Below, piece after piece: positions 7,760 through 15,951 of a DNA stretch of 46,654 bases. Position numbers and translations under genes: made by a program. The stretch lies in IMG/VR virus record IMGVR_UViG_3300049144_000035, positions 1-46,654 of that record; one strand, written 5' to 3'. The notes beneath the pieces were generated by a model. That model was not told the DNA's origin and ran no database searches. It worked only from the letters and a program-made list of their open reading frames with translations. How positions within the stretch are numbered: position 1 is the first letter of the stretch; every line of letters starts with the position of its first letter. Origin of the DNA: a virus. Lineage: Duplodnaviria > Caudoviricetes.

Positions 7760-8314
7760 ATGAGCAGCGAGCGCATTCAGGCAGGCGACACCTACACCGC
7801 CGACCTCATCGTCGACGGCTGGACGGTCAACGGCAGCGTCCTCGTGCTCGCCGTGGAAGACGCCCAGGGATCCCAGTACGCCCTATTCCTCGTAGCAGAA
7901 GGCGACAACCCCACCTCCTCCACCCACTGGATGCACGCCCGCGGACGCATCGACAGCCCGACCACCATCAACTCCATTGACGGCGGCAACGGCCTGAACG
8001 CCATCCGTCTGCGCTCCAGGACGGGACACCTGGCAGCCGACGAATACGCCTACGAACTCAGCCAGGCAGCCCCGCAGATCAATCGCTCCTACGGCCCCGC
8101 CGGAGACGGTCCGGTCGGAAAGGAAGGCCTCGCCTCGCTCGGCGCCATGACGAGGACAATCCAGGACTACAAGGACTGCGTCGACGAGGCTGTCGAGGAA
8201 CGCGACGACATGATCCGCCGCCTGCTCGCTGGCGGCGTGCCGGTGAAGGACATCACGGCGAAGACCGGCCTGTCCCGCGAGAGGGTCTACCAGATTCGCG
8301 ACGGCCGCCGCTGA
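7760..8314 (+). CDS. Hypothetical protein with a C-terminal HTH
   Basis: RBS GGAGG; RDDMIRRLLAGGVPVKDITAKTGLSRERVYQIRDG. Confidence 0.8.
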   Translation: MSSERIQAGDTYTADLIVDGWTVNGSVLVLAVEDAQGSQYALFLVAEGDNPTSSTHWMHARGRIDSPTTINSIDGGNGLNAIRLRSRTGHLAADEYAYELSQAAPQINRSYGPAGDGPVGKEGLASLGAMTRTIQDYKDCVDEAVEERDDMIRRLLAGGVPVKDITAKTGLSRERVYQIRDGRR

Positions 8315-8324
8315 GAACGACGAT

Positions 8325-8362
8325 GCGCCCCACTCCCCCGCCGTAGCGGAAGAGTGGGGCGC
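8325..8362. terminator. Hairpin terminator between convergent genes
   Basis: GCGCCCCACTC / GAGTGGGGCGC 11-bp stem. Confidence 0.7.
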
Positions 8363-8368
8363 TGTCGT

Positions 8369-8470
8369 TCACGCGGGTTCGTCGGTCGGCGGCATGGGTG
8401 GTGGTTCGCGGAACGGCCAGCGCGACAGGTACAGCGGCACGTCGGGGTCGTCGTCGGGGATGTTCGGCAT
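8369..8470 (-). CDS. 33-aa acidic, Pro-rich small protein (not in the ORF track)
   Basis: AGGAG RBS before ATG; MPNIPDDDPDVPLYLSRWPFREPPPMPPTDEPA. Confidence 0.5.
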   Translation of the reverse strand: MPNIPDDDPDVPLYLSRWPFREPPPMPPTDEPA

Positions 8471-8516
8471 CGGATGCTCCTACAGTCTCGGCGGTAGAAG
8501 GTGCGGGTGTCGCCAG

Positions 8517-9140
8517 TCAGGAGACGGCGACCCAGAGGGACGGGCCGGCGACGTTGCTGCCCATCGTGAGGCTGGCGGGGAGACTGGTCTGCCCGGTGAG
8601 GTTCGTCGCGTACCGCAGCGTGGCGCCAGACAGGCCGGCGTTGTTGGTGCCGGTGGACAGTCCGTTCGTGCGGAGCAGCGTGGGCCCGGTGCTCGCGTTG
8701 CAGACGAACGCCACCCAGTACGTGCCGGCCGCCACGGCTTGCGGAGTGGTGAGTGTCGCGGAGCGGGCGACGGTAGAGGTGGTGATGAGCGCGTCGATGG
8801 ACGCGGTCGACAGGATCTGCCCTGACGAGTTGACGAGGCCGACCCAGTTCTGCCCCGCGGTCGGGGTACTTGCGGCTGTGGACATGAGCCACCAGCACTT
8901 CGTGACCGTCGTTGCTGCTCGTAGGAACACCGCGGACAGGTACACGGTGCCGTTGGTGAGCAGCTGGCCAGTCGAGGCGAAGCTGGGGTCGTAGGTCCAG
9001 ACGGTGAATCCGTGGTCAGCGGGCTGGGGCGTGGAGGGTCCGGTGACGGGTGCGCCGGCCACGGTGAGGCTGGGTACGGCGAGGGGGCTGCCGGCGGTGA
9101 GGACGCCGCCGACGTACTTGAGGTCGATGTCCTGGAGCAC
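8517..9140 (-). CDS. Putative virion structural or receptor-binding beta-rich protein
   Basis: T/S/G/A-rich sequence with AGTYWVAF motif; last large gene of the lysis operon. Confidence 0.65.
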   Translation of the reverse strand: MLQDIDLKYVGGVLTAGSPLAVPSLTVAGAPVTGPSTPQPADHGFTVWTYDPSFASTGQLLTNGTVYLSAVFLRAATTVTKCWWLMSTAASTPTAGQNWVGLVNSSGQILSTASIDALITTSTVARSATLTTPQAVAAGTYWVAFVCNASTGPTLLRTNGLSTGTNNAGLSGATLRYATNLTGQTSLPASLTMGSNVAGPSLWVAVS

Positions 9141-9149
9141 GGGCGGTCC

Positions 9150-11180
9150 CTAGGAGTAGAGGCGGGTGACGTCGGAGACGGGGACGACGGGGATGTTGCG
9201 GCTGGCGATGCCCGCCATGATCGTCTGAAAGTCGGCGACCGAGCACTCGGTGGCGGCGGCAGCCGTACCGGTCACGATCTTGTGGAAGACGAGGATCAAC
9301 CAGCCCGCGTTGTACTGGCACTTGTCCAGGAGGCCGCCTGCCGCGACGAGGTTGGTCGGGTTGTTCGCGCCGGACTGGGTGGAGCTGATCGAGGACACGG
9401 CGCGCATCCGCATCGGCATGCCGGCCGGGAATGTCTCGGTGGGGAATCCCGTCTGGAACAGGACCGTGCGGCCGGTGGAGAAGTAGCTGGCGGCGATGGA
9501 GTCGATGGCGACCCCGTCGGTGGTTCGCTGGTACTCGCCGCCCGGGTAGGCGATTCCCTCACCGCGGAAGCCGTTGTTGACGAGCCACTGCTTGCCGAGC
9601 CGCATGTCGTCGTCGACTTGCGCCGCTGTGTAAAAGGTGTAGCGGTTGTTGTGGACGGTGGGGTCGTAGGAGTGGAGGCCGATCTCCCAGCCGCTGAAGT
9701 CCTGCAGCTGCCGGTTCTGCTCCGCGGTCATCACGCTGGCTGCGCCGAGGTTCCCGACGATCACGTAGTTGGTGCCTTGGAACCCGTAGGTGTCCATGGC
9801 GGGGCGGGCGTAGTTCCAGATGGAGTCGGCGCCGTCGTCGAAGACGACCGACACGACCCCGTTGGGGAAGGTGGTGGACGTGGCGTCGATGACCTCCACG
9901 GCCTGCACGTCCAGCGTGAAGGCGTTTCCGTTGGTGGCGATCGCCTGCACCTGCAGATCGGTGAAGCCCGCGGTCGTGCTCGGGACGCCTGTCGCGCTGA
10001 TCGAGTAGGAGCCTGACGCGGCGTTGACCGACGACCAGCCGAACGTCAGGGTGATCCACTCGCCGGGGCTGCCGAGCTGGGATGTGCCGGCCACTTCCCA
10101 CAGGCGCCACCGGTAGTAGTTCGTCATTGAGCTGGTGCCGACGAACACGTTGAGGTTGGCGATCTTACTGACGTCGTCGATTCGGCAGATCAGCCGCAGC
10201 ATCTTGCCGGTCAGGTCCATGGGGCTCATGCCGTACTTCCGCAGGTTCGCGGAGCCGCCGACCGTGTCCGTTGTGATCGAGGCGCACTGGGTGCCGCGCA
10301 CGAACGCTGCGGTGTTGTTGAGGTTCGACGAGGCTGCGCCCTGCGCTGTCCAGCCGTGGCCCGGCTGGAAGATGTGGGAGATTGACGCCTTTCGCCAGGC
10401 CGGGCCCGTGCGGCTCGGTGCGATGACCCCGTAGGGCGCGACCGGGCCGGACAGGCGTCCAGAGACGGATGCGCTTCCCGCGACTTGCAGCCCGGCGAGC
10501 CATGCAGTGCCCTGCTCGATGGCCGTGACTCTGGTCAAGCAGTCGTTGAGGAAGCCGTCGATCGCTGTGACCGAGACGGCAAGGTTGTTGACGGTGCCGC
10601 CGAGGGCTGTGAGGTCCAAGGCTGTCGCGAACTTGCCGTCGGCCCACGTCCGGTCGCCGTGCGGGTCCGTGGCCCCGGAGTGTGCGGCCACTTTGGATGC
10701 GGCGCCAGCCTGGGTCTCAAGGGCGGCCGTGTCGGGGATGCCGTGCACGTCGGTGGTGTCGGCGTTGTGCGCGGCTACCGCTGCAGCTGCGGTGCCCGCG
10801 GCATCCGCTCCCACCTCTATACCCGTGGCCGACTCCACCGGTGCGAGCGACGACAGTGCGACCGTGCCGGCGGAGGCGGGCAGGCTGATGTTGTAGGAGC
10901 GGCTGGGCGCGTTGGTGAACTCTTCGTCCACCCGGTAGGTCCAGCCTGACGGGCTGAAGCCCTCGGCGTCGATGGCGAGGAGCGTCTTGGTGAACTCCCC
11001 ACTGGCGCCGAGGGTGATGTTCTCGGCGCCGAGGGCGATGACGCCGTGCGTGGCGGAGACGACGCGGGAGACGGACGGGGTGAGACGGATCGTGCCCTGG
11101 TATGGGTCGCCGTCCAAGGCCCTGTAGCCAGCGGCCCCGGCGGTGAGGGTGACGGTCTGAACACCGGGCGGGAACGGCAT
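9150..11180 (-). CDS. Putative minor tail/fibre protein with a C-terminal polysaccharide deacetylase (CE4/NodB-like) domain
   Basis: VSVVFDDG, GWEIGLHSY, IAYPGG, LILVFH motifs (about 9153-9860); phage-type N-terminus (GWTYRVDE) and H-x4-DxHG repeats. Confidence 0.8.
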   Translation of the reverse strand: MPFPPGVQTVTLTAGAAGYRALDGDPYQGTIRLTPSVSRVVSATHGVIALGAENITLGASGEFTKTLLAIDAEGFSPSGWTYRVDEEFTNAPSRSYNISLPASAGTVALSSLAPVESATGIEVGADAAGTAAAAVAAHNADTTDVHGIPDTAALETQAGAASKVAAHSGATDPHGDRTWADGKFATALDLTALGGTVNNLAVSVTAIDGFLNDCLTRVTAIEQGTAWLAGLQVAGSASVSGRLSGPVAPYGVIAPSRTGPAWRKASISHIFQPGHGWTAQGAASSNLNNTAAFVRGTQCASITTDTVGGSANLRKYGMSPMDLTGKMLRLICRIDDVSKIANLNVFVGTSSMTNYYRWRLWEVAGTSQLGSPGEWITLTFGWSSVNAASGSYSISATGVPSTTAGFTDLQVQAIATNGNAFTLDVQAVEVIDATSTTFPNGVVSVVFDDGADSIWNYARPAMDTYGFQGTNYVIVGNLGAASVMTAEQNRQLQDFSGWEIGLHSYDPTVHNNRYTFYTAAQVDDDMRLGKQWLVNNGFRGEGIAYPGGEYQRTTDGVAIDSIAASYFSTGRTVLFQTGFPTETFPAGMPMRMRAVSSISSTQSGANNPTNLVAAGGLLDKCQYNAGWLILVFHKIVTGTAAAATECSVADFQTIMAGIASRNIPVVPVSDVTRLYS

Positions 11181-11183
11181 AGG

Positions 11184-11546
11184 TCAGACTCCAGTTCGGT
11201 GGTACTCGTCGACCAGGGGATGCGGCGGTTCAGGCTCGATGCCGGAGCGGTGCATCTGGCGGGCCCACCGGTCCGTCGTCCACGCGAACGCCCGCAGCAT
11301 CGCCTCCAGTCGGGACATGCGGCCCCGCAGCGAGCCGTTCTCCTCATCGACCCGCTTCACCGTCGCTTCCAGCACGGCGAACTCCTGGGCACGTGCCTGC
11401 GGTGCGGCTTGGATCGCGGCCACCGCCTCGTTGGCGCGGGCTGTTGCTTGCGCGGCCCTCACGGTGGCGCGGGAGACGAACCAGCCGCCCCCTCCGAGGA
11501 CGCTGCCGGCGGCGCCGATGATGGCAGCCCACTCGCCCACGTTCAT
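11184..11546 (-). CDS. Lysis-cassette membrane protein (1 TM plus coiled coil)
   Basis: N-terminal hydrophobic segment then heptad-rich region; ATGA overlap with the upstream gene. Confidence 0.75.
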   Translation of the reverse strand: MNVGEWAAIIGAAGSVLGGGGWFVSRATVRAAQATARANEAVAAIQAAPQARAQEFAVLEATVKRVDEENGSLRGRMSRLEAMLRAFAWTTDRWARQMHRSGIEPEPPHPLVDEYHRTGV

Positions 11547-11983
11547 GCGGCCTTGCCTCTCCGGGCGCGCACGGGCGGGGGGACCGAATGCTCGGGAACC
11601 GCGCTCGCCCACAGGATCACCCCGACGTGACTCGTCAGGTACCAGACTGCGACGAAGCCGCCGCGGGAGTAGTCGCCGGTGATGACGGCGAACGTGTAGG
11701 CGGCGGCCCACACGGTGGGGGGAATGAGGGCGGCCAGGAACCCGAACCGGTCCCGGCCGATCTTGACGAATGCTGAGCCGAGGGTGACGAGGCCGCACAC
11801 GATCCACAGCCACGACCAATGCTGCAGGTCGCAGTACCGGGTGAGGAGTTCAAGGCCCTCGTCGCTGGGCGGGTTGACGAGGAACGACACGCCCCAGCAG
11901 GTTTTGCCGACGCCGAGGATGGCGAGGAAGCAGCCGCGGCGGCCCAGCATCGCGTACAGCCGCCGGGCCGCACGGCGCGGCAT
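11543..11983 (-). CDS. Lysis-cassette membrane protein (about 4 TM)
   Basis: Four hydrophobic stretches, basic termini, position after the holin. Confidence 0.75.
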   Translation of the reverse strand: MPRRAARRLYAMLGRRGCFLAILGVGKTCWGVSFLVNPPSDEGLELLTRYCDLQHWSWLWIVCGLVTLGSAFVKIGRDRFGFLAALIPPTVWAAAYTFAVITGDYSRGGFVAVWYLTSHVGVILWASAVPEHSVPPPVRARRGKAA

Positions 11984-12355
11984 TCAGGCCGCCTTGACCA
12001 AGCTCGACTGTTCGAGCCGCAGGGCTGCGATCGGGGCGGTGACCTGCGGGCGGACGATGAACAGGGCGACGAGGCCTTCGATGGCGAGCATCCAGTTGGC
12101 CTGCTGCTCGGCGCTCATGTTGAGGCCGAACGCCAGGTACAGGGCGATCGCGGCGTGGCCGAGGTTCACGAGGGCGGCGAACGCTGCGCCGGTCTTTAGG
12201 ATGAACGCCTCGGCGACCGCGACGACGCAGGACAGGAACACCATGATGGCGGCCTGCAACTCGGCGGATACGTCGAGCCCGTAGGCGGAGCTGAGCTTGA
12301 GGGCGACGGCGATGAACGCCAGGATCGTCACCGGTTCGCGACCGAAGATTCTCAT
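11984..12355 (-). CDS. Putative holin (about 4 TM)
   Basis: MRIFGREPV...VRPQVTAP, typical of actinophage holins; downstream of the endolysin. Confidence 0.8.
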   Translation of the reverse strand: MRIFGREPVTILAFIAVALKLSSAYGLDVSAELQAAIMVFLSCVVAVAEAFILKTGAAFAALVNLGHAAIALYLAFGLNMSAEQQANWMLAIEGLVALFIVRPQVTAPIAALRLEQSSLVKAA

Positions 12356-12546
12356 TTCTCTGCTTCCTGTTCGGCGCGGCTTGCCTTGGCCGCGGAGAGG
12401 TGTCCGACGAAGTTGGCGTACAAGCTCATTGCCGCAACCCAGAGGACGCTGTTCTTCCACAGCAGCAGGGTGGGGATGAGGAGGAGTGCCCACGCTCCGG
12501 CGAGGATGTAGTGGATCCACGCCACACGCTGCGGGGTGAGCTTCAT
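12352..12546 (-). CDS. Small 2-TM membrane protein
   Basis: MKLTPQRVAWIHYILAGAWALLLIPTLLLWKNSVLWVAAMSLYANF; ATGA overlaps on both sides. Confidence 0.75.
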   Translation of the reverse strand: MKLTPQRVAWIHYILAGAWALLLIPTLLLWKNSVLWVAAMSLYANFVGHLSAAKASRAEQEAEK

Positions 12547-13481
12547 GCGACGACCTTGAAGCCGTAGCGGTCGCCGAGGCGCTCGAGGCTGGACTTGCCG
12601 GGGATGCCGTCGGCGTCCTTTCCGGTGTAGCCGAGCTTCTTCTGCCACTTGGCATAGGCGGCGATGGTGGTGGTGCCGTAGTGGCCGTCGCTGTACCGCT
12701 TGGCCAGCAGTCCGGCGTCGACGAGCGCGGCCTCGACGACCTTCGTCCCGGCGTAGGTGACGGGCGTGCCCTTCGCCGCGGGGTTGGCCTTGGCGGCGGC
12801 GACGAGCTTCGACAAGTCGACGACCGGCTTGGTCGGCTTCGGCAGCGGCTTCGGTGCCGGCGGCTTGGGGGTGGAGGGTGTGGCGCCTGCGAGGCGGGCG
12901 GCGACGCGGTCGAGGATGTCGTCCCAGTCCATGCCGGGCCCGCGGGGGTCGACTTTGCCGGGCTGCCAGTCGAGGTGTCGTATCGCGGAGCGCGCGGACC
13001 AGTCGTGGTGGCGGCAGAGGGCGGTGATGACGCGGACGATGGCTTCGATCTGCTCGTCTGGCCACGGGTCTTTGCCGTCGCCCATGTTCTCGCATTCCCA
13101 GCCGTAGAAGTGGCGGTTGCCGTCGACGGTGGCTTCATTGTCGGCGGGCGGGGCCTTCTCGGCGATGACGGCGGCCAACACGTCGGGGTCGCCGAGGCCC
13201 GCGTGGTTGGCGCGGCCGTATCCGACGAGGTGCACGCGCCCGTCCTTGGCGATGACGCCGTGGCACAGCGGGCCGGGCAGAGTGCTGTGTCCGTTGCGGC
13301 AGATGTCGACCGTGGCCGCGGTGCCCCGGGTGACGGTGTGGTGGATCATCACGCCGTTGACGGGTCCCCACGGGCCTTTGCTGTTGCGGTTGTGGGTTTC
13401 CCAGTTGCCGACCTGGACGACGTTGAGGCCTTCGTCTCGGAGGCAGTTCAGGAAGTCGGCGGCGGGCATTGGTGCGGCCAT
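12543..13481 (-). CDS. Endolysin: N-acetylmuramoyl-L-alanine amidase with a C-terminal peptidoglycan-binding domain
   Basis: VMIHHT, RANHAG, YGWECEN, RHLDWQPGKVDP; Pro/Lys linker; DGHYGTTTIAAYAKWQ...DADGIPG. Confidence 0.93.
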   Translation of the reverse strand: MAAPMPAADFLNCLRDEGLNVVQVGNWETHNRNSKGPWGPVNGVMIHHTVTRGTAATVDICRNGHSTLPGPLCHGVIAKDGRVHLVGYGRANHAGLGDPDVLAAVIAEKAPPADNEATVDGNRHFYGWECENMGDGKDPWPDEQIEAIVRVITALCRHHDWSARSAIRHLDWQPGKVDPRGPGMDWDDILDRVAARLAGATPSTPKPPAPKPLPKPTKPVVDLSKLVAAAKANPAAKGTPVTYAGTKVVEAALVDAGLLAKRYSDGHYGTTTIAAYAKWQKKLGYTGKDADGIPGKSSLERLGDRYGFKVVA

Positions 13482-13504
13482 GTGGTCTCCTCAGTACGGC
13501 CGAT

Positions 13505-13553
13505 ACCTTTGAATCGTAGCTTGAACCCCGCCAGTAACCTACGAATCACAGGT
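13505..13553. promoter_or_regulatory. Two copies of the 17-bp late-gene motif in the divergent gap
   Basis: ACCTTTGAATCGTAGCT (13505-13521) and ACCTACGAATCACAGGT (13537-13553). Confidence 0.7.
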
Positions 13554-13674
13554 ACTCTGGGGTTGGTTCTGGCTCAGGAACCGGTGGCAGGGGTGTGGCC
13601 GTGCGGGTCTGCTCCCCTGCCACACCAAATCCCGCGCCCCACCCGCACACGAACCCGCACCCAGGAGTACGCCC

Positions 13675-13950
13675 ATGGCCGACCCCGAACTGAAGCCCGC
13701 CTACGAGCGGCTCGCCGACGCCGTTGAGGAAGTCGTTCGTCTCGAAGGCGCCCAGGGTGTCCTCACCGAATGGGTTCTCGTCACCTCCACTCAGCGCTAC
13801 GACCAGGACGGCGACGGGCTCACGCAGGTCGGCATCACGCTCCCGAACGGCGGCGGACAGGTCCCCTTTCACCGGGTCATGGGCCTGCTCGACTACGCGC
13901 TCACCCGCTACCGGGCCGAGGTTGCCGACGCGGAAGGGGACGGGTCGTGA
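13675..13950 (+). CDS. Hypothetical protein, first gene of the antisense operon
   Basis: AGGAG RBS, 91 aa, GC3-rich. Confidence 0.8.
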   Translation: MADPELKPAYERLADAVEEVVRLEGAQGVLTEWVLVTSTQRYDQDGDGLTQVGITLPNGGGQVPFHRVMGLLDYALTRYRAEVADAEGDGS

Positions 13951-14060
13951 CCGTCATCTGCCAGGCGCTGGCCTGCTTGTTCGCGTTCGTCGTCCTGTCG
14001 TCGCTACAGCCCGTCGAGACGCGTGTCGACTACACGCCCGCCGCCAGGAGCGTGCGGTGA
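13947..14060 (+). CDS. Small hydrophobic protein
   Basis: GTGA overlaps at both ends; 37 aa with one hydrophobic stretch. Confidence 0.5.
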   Translation: MTVICQALACLFAFVVLSSLQPVETRVDYTPAARSVR

Positions 14061-14680
14061 GCGGCCCGTGCACGCGGCGGGAGTGCGGCGGCGAGGTGCA
14101 CACCGACGGCTGGGGCACCCCGATCCAGTGCCCTCGCGCGGCGACTGCCCCGATGCGGCTCACCGTTGACGAGCTCGTGCCCGTCTGGGTTGCTCTGGAG
14201 GGGCGTCAACGCCAGCGGATGGCTGGACACAGCATCCTCCTGTCTCCGCTCCCCAACTGCCCGGCCTGCGGTGCGCCGCCCGACGAGATGACCACCGCCA
14301 CGGCGCCGGACTTCATGACCGACACCGTGGCCATTCAGTTCGAGCACTGCGGGCACTCCTTCACCGCCGACGGCGAAGCCATTCAGCAGGCGGCGGAGCA
14401 GGCGCGGCGGGCCGTTGACCAGATGGAGCGGCAGCCGGTGAGCGAGCAGTCCGGGAGTCTCTTCGTGCGTCAGGAAGACATCGCTGATCACGTGCTTCGC
14501 GTGCCGAAGCCCGAGTTCCTGGTCGCCCTTCACGAGGACGACGGCACGCTCATCGTCGGCATCCGCCCCGACGGTCACATCACCACCGGCCCCAACTACC
14601 AGCCTGATGCGGCGGCCCGCGAGTTCTGGGACGCCGTCACCCGCGCCGCACAAGCCGCCAACCCGTGGGAGGGGCAGTGA
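14057..14680 (+). CDS. Hypothetical protein with CxxC motifs
   Basis: AGGAG RBS plus GTGA overlap; CPACG...HCGH. Confidence 0.7.
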   Translation: MSGPCTRRECGGEVHTDGWGTPIQCPRAATAPMRLTVDELVPVWVALEGRQRQRMAGHSILLSPLPNCPACGAPPDEMTTATAPDFMTDTVAIQFEHCGHSFTADGEAIQQAAEQARRAVDQMERQPVSEQSGSLFVRQEDIADHVLRVPKPEFLVALHEDDGTLIVGIRPDGHITTGPNYQPDAAAREFWDAVTRAAQAANPWEGQ

Positions 14681-15000
14681 ACACCGCCATCGCCATCACG
14701 GCGATCATCGCCGCCCTGCTCCTCGCCAACTCGATCGTCGTGGCTATGCGCGATGTCGCCAAGGCGAAACACCAAGCCGCCACCGGGCCTGCCGTTGCCC
14801 ACTGCACCGTCGACCGGTGCACGACCACCGGCACGCTTGCCAACCCCGGCGGCGACTGGACCCGTGACGCCAAAGGGCGCCACTTCTGCCCAGCCCACCC
14901 GGCCGCCACATCCTGCCGGATCTGCGGGCGCGACAAGGGCACCAACCTCATCATCTGTGGGCCCTGCGCGGGCGCCAGCAGCAAGGAGCAGCAGGCATGA
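14677..15000 (+). CDS. Membrane-anchored Cys-rich protein
   Basis: N-terminal TM; CTVDRC, FCPAH, CRICG, CGPC. Confidence 0.7.
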   Translation: MNTAIAITAIIAALLLANSIVVAMRDVAKAKHQAATGPAVAHCTVDRCTTTGTLANPGGDWTRDAKGRHFCPAHPAATSCRICGRDKGTNLIICGPCAGASSKEQQA

Positions 15001-15950
15001 AGGTACTGATCACTGGCGGCAGCGGCTTCATCGCCTCGTGGACCCGCCGAGAGCTCATCGCGCGCGGCCACCAGGTCCTCGTCATGGACCACCAGGACCG
15101 CCGCCAGCAGCTCGCCGACGGCGAGGAGTTCTTCCTCGGCGACGTCCGCGACGCCACCGCCGTCACCGAAGCCGCCGCCCACGTCGACGGGATCATCCAC
15201 CTCGCCGCCGTCCTCGGCACGCAGGAGACCATCAGCAACCCACGCCCGTCCGCCGAGACGAACATCCTCGGCTCGCTCAACGTCTTCGAAGCCGCCACCC
15301 AGTACCGGCTCCCCACCATCTACGCCGGGGTCGGCAACCACGCCATGCGGCTCCAGGGAACCGGCTGCTACACGATCACCAAGTCGGCCGCCGAAGACCT
15401 CGCCCGCATGTACAACCTGTACCGCGACGGCGGGCGCATCACCATCGTCCGCCCGGTCAACGCCTACGGTCCGGGCCAGTCAATCGCCGCTCCCTACGGC
15501 ACGAGCAAGGTCCGCAAGATCGCGCCGTCGTTCGTGTGCCGGGCCCTCACCGGCACCGACATTGAGGTGTACGGCGACGGCACCCAGATCAGCGACTGCG
15601 TGTACGTCGCCGACGTCGCCCGCGCCTTCGTCGCCGCGCTCGAGCACACCGCCGAACACGGGCCCACCGAGCGGCCCGTCGAGGTCGGCCCGCTCGAATC
15701 GTGCACGGTCAACGACATCGCCCGCCTCGTTGCCGAGGAGGCCACCGGCTACACCGGCCTTCAGCCGGTCGGCATCAAGCACCTGCCCATGCGGCCCGGC
15801 GAAGTCCCCAACGCGATCGTCTCGTCCGACACCAGCACGCTCCAGCAGATCGGCCTCACCGCCGCCGACTTCGTGCCCCTCGACGAGGGCATCCACCACA
15901 CCGTCCGCTACTACGCCGAGCACTGGCTCCCCGGCTACCTGGCGGCCTGA
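14997..15950 (+). CDS. NAD-dependent nucleotide-sugar epimerase/dehydratase
   Basis: MKVLITGGSGFIA, IIHLAA, YTITK (YxxxK), NAYGPGQ, YGDGTQISDCVYVADVA. Confidence 0.95.
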   Translation: MKVLITGGSGFIASWTRRELIARGHQVLVMDHQDRRQQLADGEEFFLGDVRDATAVTEAAAHVDGIIHLAAVLGTQETISNPRPSAETNILGSLNVFEAATQYRLPTIYAGVGNHAMRLQGTGCYTITKSAAEDLARMYNLYRDGGRITIVRPVNAYGPGQSIAAPYGTSKVRKIAPSFVCRALTGTDIEVYGDGTQISDCVYVADVARAFVAALEHTAEHGPTERPVEVGPLESCTVNDIARLVAEEATGYTGLQPVGIKHLPMRPGEVPNAIVSSDTSTLQQIGLTAADFVPLDEGIHHTVRYYAEHWLPGYLAA

Positions 15951-15951
15951 A

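Noticed and set aside
9140-9152. Deacetylase gene stop TAG is in frame with the next gene (9-nt gap), suggesting read-through or a split gene
   Set aside because: The gap carries an AGGGA RBS correctly spaced from the GTG and the CE4 domain ends naturally, so separate genes are the simpler reading
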